Assembly (NCBI GenBank): GCA_028279595.1
Contig: JANQNK010000004.1
Coordinates: forward strand, 1-64,000
DNA length: 64,000 nt
From: Thermoplasmatota archaeon
GTDB lineage: Archaea > Thermoplasmatota > JAKEGO01
Direction: 5' to 3'
Shown: positions 16,641 through 31,600 of the stretch, piece by piece
How positions within the stretch are numbered: the stretch's first letter is position 1
Layout of the letters: the number at the start of each line of letters is the position of its first letter
Notes under the pieces: generated by a model
Seen by the model: the letters and a program-made list of their open reading frames with translations, nothing else
What the model was told of the DNA's origin: nothing
The model's database searches: none
Translations under genes and position numbers: made by a program

Positions 16641-19600
16641 TTAGTCTCCCATGGCCTTGTCGAGGTCCTCCATCATCTTGTCGTAGTCGTCGGGTCCGGA
16701 GTCATCGGATGCCTCTTCGGCCGGGGCATCGTCCACAGGTGACTCGGAAGGTTCGTCCATCGGTGGTTCGTCGGCAGGGGATTCCTCTGAAGAAGGTTCG
16801 GGGGCCGGATCATCGGTGGCGGCCAATGGTTCCTCGGCAGGAGGTTCGGTTGGAGGTTCATCAGCAGCGGTCGGTGGTTCCTCAGCGGGATCGTCCTTTG
16901 TTGTTTCCTCGTAGAGTTCGTCCTCGGCCGACTCTTCGGGAGGGGTGTCATCCGGCGGTCCATCGACGGGGGTGTCCTCGGAGGGTGTGTCGGCGACGTC
17001 TTCTGAAGGCTTGTCCTCGTCTGGGGTTTCCTCGGAGGGTTTGTCATCGTCGGAGGGTTCGTCCTCCTTCTCCTCTCCATCCTTTTCCTCCTTGTCCTCA
17101 CCCTCCTTGTCCTCGCCTTCCTTCTCCTCGTCGCCCTCCTCCTTGTCCTTCTCCTCGGTCTCGCCCTCCTTGACCTCCTCCTTCTTGCCCTTGGCGGCCG
17201 GCTTCTTGCCCTTCTTCTTTTCGGCCTCCTTCTTCTTCTTGGCTGCTCCGGGCGGGAGGATGCCCTTCTTGAAGAGGACGATGATGAGGAGCACTGCTAC
17301 GACTATCAGGATCAGCAGGAGCGCGATGGCAGCTCCTGCGCCATCGTCTTCCTTGTCCTTCTCTCCGGAAACGGGTTCGACGTAGAACGCTGGTGCGAAC
17401 ACCGTGAAGTGGGTCACGTTGGCCCACATGTAGTTCTCCTCGGTGTTGATGCCCCATACCTCCGGGGTCACCCATTCCTCTCCGTCGTAGTAGTACAGGG
17501 TCAGGTCTGCCTCGTCCTTGCCCTTCGGTATGTTGGACTCGTCGTACGGGATCTCGAAGTATGCCCAGACCATCTCCATGGCTGCCGGTGCGCTGATGTT
17601 GACGAACACGCCGACATCCCTCAGCGTCTCGGGCATGTCGGGTTCCTCCTCGAGGAGCCCGATGCCCACATCACCGATACCGCTGTATGCGATCACGAGG
17701 TGGATACCTGCGTTGTCGTAGGTCTTGATCTCGTTGATGACGGTCAGGTTGCCGCCATCCAGATAGACTTCCGTGATCCCGTCACTGGCGGAGAAGTTGT
17801 ACAAATAGGTGCCCGGCTCCATCGATATGCCCGCGGTGTAGACAACGCCATCCTTGTATCGATTATCCAGTTCCTCCCTGAACATGAGGAACCCAACACC
17901 GTTCAGTAACAGGGTCACATGATCGGGTCGGTCGTTGTCGATATCAGTGTAGACGACAGAGAGATCGAAGGTCTCACCAACGAAATTCCATGATGAGGAT
18001 GCCGTGCCATTGGTAAGAACAGGTGGGGCCAATCCCTTAACCTCGGGTCCGGTCACGTTGTCGGTGAATACATGGTTCAATCCATCGGAACAGAACATCC
18101 AGAAGGAGTGGCGGTCGGCCGGCAGATCGTCGAAGGACCTGTAGTACAGGGTTCCGTTGCCAATGGGGCCACCTTCGAACATCGGGTATCTGACGCCATC
18201 TACCTCGAGGGTCATGTCGGACGTTGGGTCATCGTCCTCGTCGGCGTAGACGACCGTGAAGTTGTATGTGTCTTCGGTCGTCCCGGTGACCGGTGTGACC
18301 GCTGGATCTAACAGCATCGGGACATGGTCGATCACGGTGTACCCGTATGTCCTTGTCATGGAGGTCGGTCCGATCAGCTCCATCGTGACGTTGTAGGAAC
18401 CCCGAGGCGAAGCAGGAATGAGGAATTCGAATTCGGTCTCCGCCTCCTCGTCGAGATCTTGCTCATCCTCCAGGATACCGTTCAGGAGAAGCCTCATGGT
18501 CGTGTTCACCGTCCCGAAGGTGGTGGCTGTGACGGTCACTGTGTCACCTAGCATGTAAACGTCCTTGTCCGTTCCTATACCCAGTATGATGACCCCCTCG
18601 ACGTCGAAGGTCTCAACCCCCTGGTCAAGCCGCAGGTATTCCTCGCCCTCGGCCCAGTAGAGTCCGTAGTTCATCGTATAGACCCCGGGTTCGACCCCAT
18701 TGATCGGGATCGAGATGGTGAAGAAGTTCATATCCTCATGTACAAGGATGTCGTTCTCGGACGTGGTGATCGGCTCGTCCCTTGAATCGTAGATCCAGAA
18801 GTTCAGGTATCCAGTGAATTCATCCCTGCTGTCGATCGCAATATCCAGAGTTACCGTATCGTTAAGCTCGTAGGCGGCCTTGTCCATCTCGATCTCGTCG
18901 ATCTTCGCATAGAGCCCGTCGATCTCGAAGCTGAACATTCCGGGGATGCTGTCGAACGTGTATCTCATCTGATATGTGCCGGCGGCCAACTCTGGGACAG
19001 TGTACTCAAGTACGCCAGGACCGTCGATGTACGCGTCGACGGTCTCGCCATCGGGGCCGGTCACGTTCAGGTCTCCGGTCCTGTTGGCAACTACCTGCAT
19101 CCTCATCGTCTCCCCGGGTTCGTACACCTGTTCCTCCGGATAGATCGAGATTATCGCGGACATGACGCTTACGTATAACGAGCTGAGGTAGAGCGCGCGA
19201 CCCGTGTCCATGTAAACGCCGAAGAACACCTTCTTCTCGCCGACGTCCTCCAGTGGCAGCAGGAACTCAGTGGTCTGCTTCTTCCCGAGATCGAAATGAT
19301 CGATGTACTCGACCCCATCGAAGGTCGCCTTCACGTACATACCAGTAAGGTTGACGTCGAGGCTCTTGGCGGTCGTGTTGATGACCTCGATGGTCAGCAG
19401 GGCGGACTCGCCGGACTGGTATATCGGTGAATCCGTCGATGCATTCACCTCGAAGCTGATCCCCTCGACCGCTAGGGTCGACTCCCAAGTTGCAGTGCCG
19501 ATAGAGTAGTACATGTCGTAGTCGCGGCCTTCGAGGTCATCCGGGATCGGGACCGTGAAGTATACCGTCGTGCTCTCCTGTGGATCGAGGTCGAAGGGTT

Positions 19601-22600
19601 CGAGGTCGGCGTGTATTCCCGGGATGCTCAGCTCGAGGTTGTCGGTGCCTGCGATCTTCCCTACATTGATCACGAGGATGGCTGCTGTGTAGTTCGTGCC
19701 AAGCGTCGCGACCAGTGGAGATGTGACCTGCGCCTCGAACTCGGCTGTCGGTATGGTCATGTTCGTGTCGATGACGACGATCTCCTGACCTCCGACCGAG
19801 AGGATTATCGAGAGGTTGTAGGTCTCCGGATCGAGTGCCGATATGTCGAGAATGAAGTCCTCCTGCAGCTCTCCCCACAATGGGACGTTGACGGACCTTT
19901 CCTCCGTATAGAAGTCAGTGACCATTGACAGGTCGCCGACTATTTCATTGGATCCTATGTTCAGAACGATGACAGATGCGTTGAGCTCACCCTCGGTCAC
20001 CTCGATCTCCAATTCCAGCTCCGCGGTGTTCTCGTCCGCGACGAACAGGTCTTCGGACCCACTGCCGAACAGGGATGTCCAATTCATGAGATAATGGCCC
20101 ACGGTCAGGTTCCATACCGTATTGTCCGAGACCGATCCGCCAGAGTTGACTGTCACCTGTTCCGTAGCCGAGTCTGCTGTTGACCAGCCGTCGACGTCCA
20201 CGGCCTCGAACACTATATCGAAGGTGGAATCTATGTCGCCCGTGTTGTTCACGTAGTACCAGACCTCGACGGACCCGGCGGAGTAGACCACTTCGGGTTC
20301 GACGGATATCTCGTTGGACTCGACCATCTCCACCAGCACGTAGAACTCGTCCTCGACGTCACCTGTCACGTTAACCGTGAACCAGGTGTCCTCCGTGATG
20401 GTAAGCGTCTCCTTGACGGTTGATGTCTCCCCGACCGGAACCGTCACCACATGGTCCTCGGTTATGCGGACGGTGATGTCCGCGTCGACCGTTCCGGTGT
20501 TCTCGACGAGGACGGTCATGTTGAAGGGCGCTAGGCCGACCTCGTCAGGTGCAGTGATGGACACATCGACAGAGGGTTCGAGGACGGGCACGTGCTCGGT
20601 AACGGAAGAGTTTTGGGCCGATCCATCGCCGGCGTCCAATGGTCCGGGTGGAGGATTGATTATCACGATACCGGTGATGTCCGTGGTCACGGCGGCACCG
20701 GTCTCGGCCTGAACGACATAAGTTGTGTAGGCGTCCAGGTCCAGGGTCTCCTCGGTGAGCAGGGTCTCCCCGTCATATATCATCACCGTCATGTTCTCGG
20801 TCTCGTTGCCGTCATTGAACAGGGTCGCATTGATGTAGATCGTCTCACCGACCTTGTAGGCCTTCTTGTTGAGGTCGAGGGTGAGGTATACAGAGCTGTT
20901 CGTGATGTAGATGCTGGTCACGTTCTGCGAGATGACCTGGCCGTATACGTTCAGGAGAGAGGTCAGCAGATAGAGCTTGCCCGTGGCTCCCATATCCGAA
21001 GCGTTCGGATACATCAGGAACTGCTGGGCCTCGAGCTCCGTAATGTTGACCCCGAAGGTCGCGTTCCACAGCGGATTCACTCCGTAGAGTATCGCGGTGT
21101 ACTTCGGCTGCGTCTGGCCGGTGAAGGTCTTTACCGTGGGTTCCGGCGCGACGTCGATGTAGTAGTTCCGTTCTCCGACAGCCGAGCCGGTACAGGATTG
21201 GTCGATGTATGTGGCCTCCATCCCGGTCCCCGGATCGAGCACCGTCACGATGATCTTGTAGTTCCAGTAGGTGTTGCCATAGGACATCCGGATGCGCCAT
21301 GTGCCGGGCTCGTCGAAGTACCACTTGAACGTCCTGGTGCCGTAATTGATCGGGTACTCTCCCTTCTGATTGACGATGCCGCCGATCTCGTCGTAGAGGT
21401 AGAAGTAGGCATAGGTCCAGTCGTAGCTCCAGAACTCCGAGACGACCTCGACGGATAGAAGGGAGCCCTCAACGGCACTGATGGTGTCGCCATTCCCGAA
21501 CTCGCCGGTAGCGTTCGTGACGTTGAAGTAATAGTACCTTGTGTGGACCTGGGTCCCTGAATATCCCTCATGTGAGTAATGCTGGACCGTGCCGTTGGGC
21601 AATACTATTTCGACGTCGAGCCTGTAGTTCCATGCATATCGGTCGAAATGGACATAGATGTACCATGATCCGTTGGTGTTCAGATCGACCTCCAGGACCC
21701 TTTCGGGATCCCATGCCCTCGAGTCGGCAAGGTAGGAGCGCTGCACGGTGCCATCGCCATCGTATATGCGGAGATGCCCATCGTATGTTGGGTCGGTCGA
21801 CGTTATGGTGGTCAGGTTGACCCGCAGGCGGGATCCGGCCGGTACATCGACGATCTCGTCGTAGGTGTATCGGTCGTATCCAGTGTCGGTGACGTTGATG
21901 AAGTAGTGCCTGTGGGAGGAGGTCGAAGAACCTGCCGTTCCACTGTGGCTGGCCGCCTCGACGCCGTTGATGAGGATGGTCACCTCGTAGGTCCAGTAAA
22001 AGTGTGAGTAGTACATGTCGAGGCAGTACGTACCGTTGCTCTCGAGGACGTAGGTGATCGTGCGTTGGCCGAAGTGCTGGACCTGGGAGTACCATCCGGC
22101 GACGGCCCATACACTGTCCCAGACGCCCGGATCGGACTCGGAGTACCTGAGCTTGGCGAAACCATCGTAGCTATGGTAGGAGTAGGACTTCGTGGTGACC
22201 TCGATCTCGACGACGTCGCCCTCCTGAGCGGTGATCACCGAATCGTATGTGAACAGGTCAGCGGTGCCGTTCACGTACAGATAGTAATTGACCGTGTTCG
22301 TGAACCAGGACCCGGCCCACCCGGCGTGTGTGTACGTTATCTCGGTACCGTTCGGGTCAGTGACGTTTATCCTTATCACGTAGTCCCATCTCTCATACTG
22401 GTACCAAAGACCGACCGACCAGTTCCCCTCGGAGTCGGCGATGTAGGACATCTTCCTCTCACCCCACGAGGAGGCATCGTAGATGTACCACCCGGTGACC
22501 CTCGATAGCGGACTGATGATCCAGGATTGACAGTCGCTGCCCGAGTTGATGTAGCCAAGTACCTCGATGCTGACATTGATGGAGGAACCGTACATCACCG

Positions 22601-25600
22601 GGATGCGGGTGCCGTTGTAGTCCCGCTCGGCGATCGTCGGTTGGATGGTGTGGTCGTTGTCGTTCTCGTTTGTCTCCTCGACCTGTGAGTCGGCATCGAC
22701 CGTTACGGTATAGTTCTCCAGACCCTGTCGGACTATGTACATGAATTCGACGTAGTAGGTGTCGGTCTCGTTCAGGCCGTTTATCGTGAAGCCGTCGGAG
22801 TTGACGCCGTTGTCGTATTCTGTAAGGAGGGTGCCATCTCGGTAGAACCTAACGACGAAGTCGCGATGGACGGACGCTCCGGTGTTCTCGATGGTAGCGT
22901 TGAATATCAGGACGTCGCCGTCGCTCAGCGTCCCGACGGGGTCCGAGTCCACCAGGTACGAGTAGGATAGGTCGCTAACTATGAGGTTGGATGCGAAGAC
23001 CTCGGGCATCGTCTCTGTCCTGTCGTTGTTGTCCTCGTGATATTCAGCGATCGTGTCGGTGCTGTCCGTCTCCGCCGTGAAATCCCAGATCCCGGGTGTG
23101 GCGCGCCACGTGAAGGTGGCGACGGCGGATCCGCGCGATCCCAGCATATCTATGGAGTCTGCCCCGATCGAGCTGCCATTGATCTGGAAGTCCACCGTGA
23201 ACGGGACCTCGGCGTCCCATCCTCCTGCATTGTAGACCGTTGCATTCAACTGGTAGTAGTCCCCGTCTATGAAGGGGGTCGGGTACCATGTTAGATCGGT
23301 CACGATGAGGTCCGGTCCGATCACGTGGAAGGCCTGTGACCAGTCATTGTCGTTCTCGTCGGACTCGTCGCATATATCGTGCGGGTCGACCACGATAGTC
23401 ACTGTGTGGTTGCCTGTCCGTGACCACCACATGATGGGCACCGTGACCTCGTAGCCGTCCTCGGTCCCCGTCACGTTCACAAGGGAATCGAGCACGCCAT
23501 CGACGTACAGACCGAGCTGGATCTGGTGGAGGGTGTCCCCACCGGTGTTCTGGACATCGACCTCGAAGGTGATGCCGTCGAGGTTGTGGTAGGTCCTCAC
23601 ATCGTACCAGACGTCGTTTATCGTCAGGTCGGGGATGGTGACGGCCGAATGGGTCTCGTCCCATTCGTTGTTGGTCTCGTCGTCCTCGCGGATGTCATCG
23701 CCGTGGTCGGCAACGAACGTCAGGTTGAGATGGCCGGCTCGCGCAAGCCATGTGAATAACACATCCTCCCACGTGGTTCCGTTCAAACCGTTGACGCGCT
23801 TGGATTCGATGTGTACTCCATCCATCAACATGCCAACGTAGAAGGCACCGCAAGCCACATCGCCGGAGTTCTCGACACGGACCGTGAAGTCCACTCTCTC
23901 TCCGTCGTCAGTGGCCGGGGTGTAGCCCACGGCGAAGATCTCAAGGTCGACGCCGCTAACGTAGATCGCTTCGGTCCTCGAATTGTTCGTTTCGTTGTCC
24001 TCGTTCACCCTTCCGGTGGGGTCCACAGTGACCGTTAATGTCGTGGAATCGCCCATGGTGTGCCACGGGAAGGTCAGGTTCAAGGTCTCGGCGGACATGA
24101 TGGAGGTCACGGTCTGCCTGGCGATCGGGTACCCGTCCGCGTGGAGGTCGACGTAGAAGGATTCGTAGCAATCGTTGCCGTCGTTGTAGACGCTCACGTT
24201 CACGTCCATGGTGCGACCGCTGTTCGGTACGGTGTCCCACCAGATGTCGGTCACGGTAAGGTCGGGACGGAATATGTTCGTGAAACTGGTATGTTCGTTG
24301 TTGGTCTCGTTCGACTCGTCCACGGTCCCCGCGATGTCCGCGACGACCTTGATGTTGTGTCCGGTGTTGATGTCCCTCCAGATCAGTGTGGTGACGATAC
24401 TGTCGCCACCGTCCGGGACGGACTCGCGTGTCACTCCGATGAGGTTGCCGTTCTCGTAGAAGGCAGTGTGGAAGGTCGTTGGCCTCCACAATGTATCACC
24501 GTAATTCGTGACGGTCGCGTTGATGTAGATGTCACCCATGTAGACTGCAGCGGATTTCGAGACGAAATCGACCTGCAGGTCCGCCACGGGCATTGTGCCG
24601 TTGATGGCCCACACGACGGAGTCGTTGAAGATATTACGTCCGACCGAGTAATAGTACTGTGGATCGTATGTGAACATCACGCCGCGACCCCCGGTGGTGG
24701 CGTTCTCCCTTGTGAGCACTGTCTTTCGTTCTGGCGAGTAATTGTTCCGTCCGCGGACGGTCCAACCTGCAAGGGCGGGGTTGGATATCCTGTATGCGGT
24801 TGCGGGGCTCTGGACTGTATGGACACTCCCGACGGTGTAATCGGAGAGGACATTCGAGTTGTCCTCGACATACAGGTTAAGGTATTGAGTTGTGGTGGAA
24901 CCGCTCCAACTTCCACCATATGTGTATCCCGCAGGACCGAGGAGCAGAACAGGTATGGCGTCGTCGATGAGGCCGTTGAAGAAGGCGCTGCCATGACTGT
25001 AGTCGCCGCTGTACGAAGGCATGACGACGATCGAAGCGTTGTCGTAGATCGCATTGCGAGCGCTGTGCCTCGAGATGTATTCCACCGTGTAACCGAGGTC
25101 GTCGAGGTAACCGTCCACCGCGGACTCGCGTGCTGATAGGGTCGGGGTCTCGTCGTCATCACTGACGATGATGAGGACCGCAGCACCACTCGAGAACCTT
25201 ACCTTGTCGACCGGCTCTTCCATCACATAGGCGACCAGTCGATCGAAGGTGTCGTTCCCCTGTACCGTTAGGTACCGTGGATCGTAGGTGAACACGGCGC
25301 CAACCGCGGAGCCGCTCCCTGTGTCCCTTATCAGGCATGTCTTCCTTTCACCGCTGTATGCGTTCCTGCCGATAACCGACCACCCCACCCATGACGGGTT
25401 GGACACTCTATAGGCGGTGCCAGCATACATCATGTGTGAGTTGAAACCGCCATACTCCTCCATGAATCCGGTCGTGGACTCGGTGACCAGCCTCAGGTAG
25501 TTGCCAGTCGAGGACGAGCCCCAGCTCGAGGTGGAGATCAGGTACCCGCCGTTGTAGATGAGTCCAAGGCCGACACCGTTGTCGACGATTCCGTCCATGA

Positions 25601-28600
25601 ACGTCTTGCCCACCGGGTAGTAACTGCTGTATCCGGTCGCAAATACGGCGCGGACTCCCGAGAAGTCGGCCCGCTTGATCTCCTTGTGACTGATGTAATC
25701 GACAGTGTATCCTGCGGCGATCAGCCGGTCCCTCACGTTCGCTTCGTTCGATGAAAGGGTGGGCGTCAGGTAGTCCTCGCTCACCGTCGCGATGACCACG
25801 TCCGAGCTGAAGGTGTGATACGGTGTCTCCTTGTGCTCGATCCAGTCGATGGTCCTGTTGAAGAGCAATCTTCCTGCATAGTTGTAGTAGTACGGATCGA
25901 AGGTCAGGATCACACCGCGACTGCCAATCGTGGTGTTGTCATGGATGATCGCGGTCTTGCGTTCCCCGCTGTAGGCGTTCCTGCCTATCCATGTCCATCC
26001 CGAAGGTATGGATGAACTCGAGAACCGCCATGCCCCTCCTGTCTGGACCTGGAAGTTGTATCCGCCGTAGTCCTCGAGGAACCCGGTGGCAGATTCGGTC
26101 ACGAGACGGAGGTAGTTGGCCGTCGTGGACCAACCCCATCCCGAGGTGCTGATGGTGGTCGCTGCATCGGCGAGCATCAGAAGTGGCGTTCCCGAATCGA
26201 TCAGTCCGATGGCCCACTCGTTCCCGAGTATCTTCCATGAGTTGTATCCGGCCATGACGACCATCGAGACGTTCGAGTAGTCGATGAACTCGGCGAGGTA
26301 CTGGCCGTAGTAGGAGATGGTGTAGCCTCTATCCTCCAGCATATCCCCTGCCGTTACCTCGCGATTGTTCATTATCGAGGGATCGGCGTTCGCCGTCAGG
26401 ATGAGCGCATTCCCCGAGGGTACTGTGTAGGCAGGGGCCGGGTGCCGGGCAAGCCAAGCTGTCGCCTGCCTGAACACCTCCTTGCCCTCGATGGTGAAGT
26501 ATAGCGGGTCGTACGTGATCATCGCTCCCCTTCCGTCGGATACCGAGGATTCGTTGTAGAACATGGTGTGTCGCTCGCCACTGTAGAGGTTCCGGGCTAT
26601 CGTCGTCCAGCCATACGGCGGATCGTTGGAGAGCCGATACGCGTACCCGCCGGATTGCATCGTCATCGAGAAGGAGTGGAAACCTTCCAGGAAGGCTGTG
26701 TCGCTCATGACGCCGGCGTTCAGGTAGTTGCCCGTCGTACTCGCGCCCCAGCTTCCGCCGTAGCTCTCGCCGGAGTTGTACATGAGCAGAAGGTTCACCC
26801 CGGAATCGATCATCTGATTGTAGTAGGTGCCGTCCGGACTGAGTCCTCCGTACCTGTGGGGTACTGCGACGAGGAGCGCATTGGTGAGGTCAACGTTCCT
26901 GAGTTCGATATGGCTGAGATAGGTGACGTCGTATCCGTTGTCCTTCAGGAGGGTGTCGACCGCCCTTTCACGACTCGTCAACGTCGGGTCCCGGGAGGTG
27001 ATGTCCTCGACAACGAGCACTGCTGTGCCATGCTCTACCGCGTCCTCTGGCCAGCTGTTGTTCGCCAGATAGTCGAACGTCCTCCTGTAGAGGTGTCTTC
27101 CGTAAGTATTGAGGTCGAATACGTCGTAGGTCAGGATCGCCCCGCGACCTCCGCTGGTCATGTTCTCGCGGATGAACGCGGTCTTGTGGTCCACGCTGTA
27201 GACATTTCGACCGATGTACGTCCATCCAGCGGGATAATTCGCATAGATGTAAGGCGTGTTGGTGGTGAGGGTCGTATAGAACGACAGGTCCTTGAGCCCG
27301 GATGCGAAAGCGGTGTCGTTCTCGCCGAAGAACTGCCTCATCCTGTAGTCGGTGGACCAGCTCCATGAACCGCCCATGCCCTGTGCGGCATATGCGAACA
27401 GTCCGATGGAGACCCCATCGTCGATGAGCCCGTGGATGAAGGACGATCTGATGTAGTTCCATGTGTTGTACTCGGCCATCACGACGAATTCCGCATTCGA
27501 ATAATCGCCGCGCCTTGCCTCCTTCGCGCTGATGTACTGGATGTCGAACCCGTACCTGTTGAGCAGGTCCCTTACCTCCATCTCCCTGGATGTCAGGCTG
27601 GGGGCCTGGTAATCGTAGCTTGAGATGATGAACGCGACCTTTCCACTATCGATCTGGATCGTCGGTTGGGAGACATCCTCCAGATAGTCGATGGTCAGGT
27701 TGAAGAGCCATTGGCCGTCATCAGCCAGGTATCTCGGGTCGAATACGAAGACGGCGCCCTTGCCGCCGGACGTCCCGTTCTCCTGATACAGCATCCCGTA
27801 GTAGTTGGCGGTGTTGCTGTAGGATGCGACCGTCCAGTTCGCGGGGATATCGGCGTATATGAAATCGTATCGGGTGTCGGTAAGTGTCGTGAAGGTATAG
27901 CTGTCGTAGTCCGATAGATATCCAGTGCTATCGATGATGACGGAATTGTAGTATGATGTCGAGGTGCCGTACGACCATGTCCCTCCGATGTTCCGTCCGC
28001 CGTACGAGAGGAGGAGTACCTTGAGACCGCTGTCGATCCAGTCCTGGACCATCAACGAACCCACGTGGTCGTCGACCGCCCACTCGGTCATGACGATGAG
28101 GGCGGCATTCGACATATCGTATATCCCGACCTCGTGGTCGGAGACGTATGTCACGGTATATCCGTGGTCCTCGAGCATGGACGCTGTCTGCGCTTCCCGC
28201 TCGGTCAGGTACGGGATCTCCTCGTGTTCGGATTGGATGACGAGTACGGCGTTGCCTGCGGGTATCTCCCGCCTCACGACATCCTCGTTGGCAGCCCACG
28301 TCATCACCGATGAGAATACAGCCTCACCCTCGCTCGTCAGCCTGTGCGGCACGTACGGATATATCGCTCCCCTGCCGCCCGACGTCATGTTCTCCCTGTA
28401 TCCGCTGAACCAGTAGGCGCCCTGCTGGTCGAGGGGGGTCCATCCGGATGGATATGTATTGTACCAGTACAGGCAGTACAGGTTCACATCCTGGAATGTC
28501 TGGACCGTCACTCGCGATCCATGGTAGGGCTCCATGAACGCCTCGTCGCTGCTTCCGTAGAGGTATCCATACGACGAATAGGAGCCGGATGATCCAAGGC

Positions 28601-31600
28601 TATAGGCGCCGTACCACAACAGGACGACGGAAACACCATGGTCATCGATCAGCGTGTCGATGTCATCACCGTCAAGGTCCCAGGAGTTGACGACGACGAT
28701 GATCTCGTAGGCCGAGAGGTTCGTCACGTCGGCGCTGTCATCGTCGATCAGCTCGACCCGGAAGTTGTTCTCGGAGAGGAGGAACACTGCGGCGTGTTCG
28801 CCCTGCGACAAGGCCGCCGGATGATCCACGACGAGCGCGACCACCGGTAGGTTGGTCCTGAAGATGGGTGTCTTGTTGATCAACCCGTCGCCGTCGGTCG
28901 CCTCGATGTAGTAATAGACCCTGTCATCGACGGTGACCGTATCGATCGTGGCGGACCAGGTGTCCACCGATGATGTCATCGCGGCGCTCGTCCATGTCTC
29001 CATGTCCGTGGAACTGAAGAGTGTTGCACCATTCACACCGTCGCTATCCGTTATCTCTGCGGATATGACGATGTCGTTCCCGCTCGGTGTCTCGATGATG
29101 TCCGTGATCACCGGAGGACGGTTGGCGAAATAGGTGGTATACGATGACATCGGCGAACGTGCCGTGTTCATAGCCATGTCCGCCGTCTCCACATAGTATT
29201 CGACATCGATCTCGTCGTATGACGGCGGAATGTACGCGCGGTAGTTCACGGTCGGTTCGGTCATGTACTCGATGACCGTGATCTCCGAAACGACGGCATT
29301 GATCCCGGTCAGGGACTCGAAGACCAGGGTCATGTTCCCGTCGGAGTACGAATCCATCGGTACGGGAAGCCGGTAATTGTTCGGCTTGTACTCGGGCAAT
29401 GATATGGGCCCGTGGACGACGTAACTCCCCGACAGGAGGCGCTGGGTCCTCTCCTCGCCAGCGTTCTGCAGGTAGGTGACCTCGACGACGTAATGATCGT
29501 CGGGATCTACGGGGAACCGGTAGATCACCTGGGAGTCATGGCTCCTGACGGTCCTTTCGGCCTTGGTCGTATGAGGCCAAAGTGCCTTCCATAGGGATAC
29601 GGGATCCCCCTGCACGAGGTATTCCTCGTCGACAAGACCGCAGTCCGCGTAATGCAGGACCGATCCGTTCTCGTTGACGTTCTCGTACATCCTCACACGG
29701 GTCTCAGTGCCCGTCGCGTTGTGGACGAGGTAGGCCCCCAGGACGTCGCCGCCCGATATGTCGGCCTCTATCGGTATATAGTCATAGGCGTTGCGGTCCG
29801 TGCCGTATTCGGTGTGATCGTCGATCGAGGGTGCCGACAAATCGATGTCGACAGTGAAGACCTCCGTTGTGTTGACGTTCCCTGCCAGGTCCTCGACCTC
29901 TATGTAATAGTACAACGTACCGCCGGAGGCGCCGGGTATCCGTGCGATGAGATCTCTCGGCACGCCGGAGGACGTGATCGACTGATAGCTGTGGCCAGTC
30001 GTGTAGAAGTAGTTCGTTTCCTCGGGTGTACCGTTCCCGGTGAAGTTGTAGACGTGCAGCCAGTTGTAGTTGTTGTCCGCGTACACGACCTCGACCTCAC
30101 CGTCGCTGTCGAAGTCTCCCCAGTGGGGGACACGGAGCGAGTGGAAACTGGAGGTCCGGTATGATATTATGTCATCGACGACGATCAGCTCGTCCTCGTA
30201 GTCGCTCTCGTCGTAGAATTCATAGACCGTAGTGTTGAAGAAGTACACTGTCGGACCCGAGGGTGGTACATACCAGTCCTCGTACCCGTACACCGCGACC
30301 TCGTTCCTGCCGTCGCCGTCGTAGTCCCAGACATCGCTGACGTATATGTAGTACCCGAGGTCGCCGCTCTGATATTCGAGCTCGATCCCGTCCATGCCGA
30401 TCTCGTAGATGTGGAGCTGGCGGTACGTCCCGACGATTATCTCGTTCAGGCCATCGCCATCAAGGTCGCCGATCTCCATGTACTGGAAGTCGATATCGTC
30501 CGAATACCAGACCAGTTCAAGCACTCCCTCGACCAGGTCGTAGACCTCGAAACGGTACCAATCCCTCCCGATGATTATCTCCTCCGCCGGATCGTCATCG
30601 ATGTTCACCAGTTCCATGTCCCGCGGGTAGATGGAGGTCCTGAACATGTACTTCAGTTGGTAATCGTAGCCCGCCCATTCGTAGACGTAAATCCGGTCGT
30701 AATAGGCCGGGATCACGATGTCGGGGATCCCGTTCCCGTCGATGTCGCCGACATCGATGGTGAACACAGACGTGTCATAGGAGTGATCCACCTCGTCACC
30801 GAGTGTCGTCTGGAGGTCGTATCCGCTGCCGTTCCACTGGTAGACCTGGGCGAACGTGCCATCGGTGTCGCTGTTCGCGGAGATCAGGTTGGGGACACCG
30901 TCCATGTCGGTGTCCGCGATCGCGTAGGCGGAACCCCTTGTATACAGGTAACCGCCATCGGGGTTGTGCTCGATGCCCCAGGTCTTGTTGATGATGTAAT
31001 TGCCGTAGTACGTACCAAGGACTATCTCGGGTTCACCATCCTCGTCGATGTCGGTGGTGTCGCTCCTTGGCTCGAACTCGACCTCGGTGTAGTTCACTCC
31101 GTCGTAGCCGTAATGGAGCGTGTATCCGTCAAGTCCGAGATTGTCCGATGCGAAGGCTGAAACGTCGATCGGCATATTGGCCGAGGGTACGGTGGGGATG
31201 GACGAGATCGTCCATATGTCGGGGGGAGTGTCGTCGGTCACGTAGTAGTTGCCGATCGATGTGGTCTGGTGGCCGAGTGTGTCGTTCACGATAATGTAGT
31301 AGTACACCCAGGTCGTGTTCCCGGTCGCCGGGATCTCCGCACTGTAGATATCACCCGTGTTGTCCATGATCCCGTACGACCAGTTGTAGGCTGCGTACAC
31401 CTCGATCTCAGCTAGTCCTCCGCCGGCGCCGAAGTAGGAGTCGACATGGAACCTCATGTAGCGAGCGGCTACCGGGTTCAGGTTCGCGGTGTACCAGTTG
31501 ACGATGTCGTCCTCGACAAGTGTCCCGGAGTGGACCACATCGAATTCCACACCGTCCAGGGAGACCGAGAGCCTGAAGTTCCCTGTCGACCTGTCCCAGT

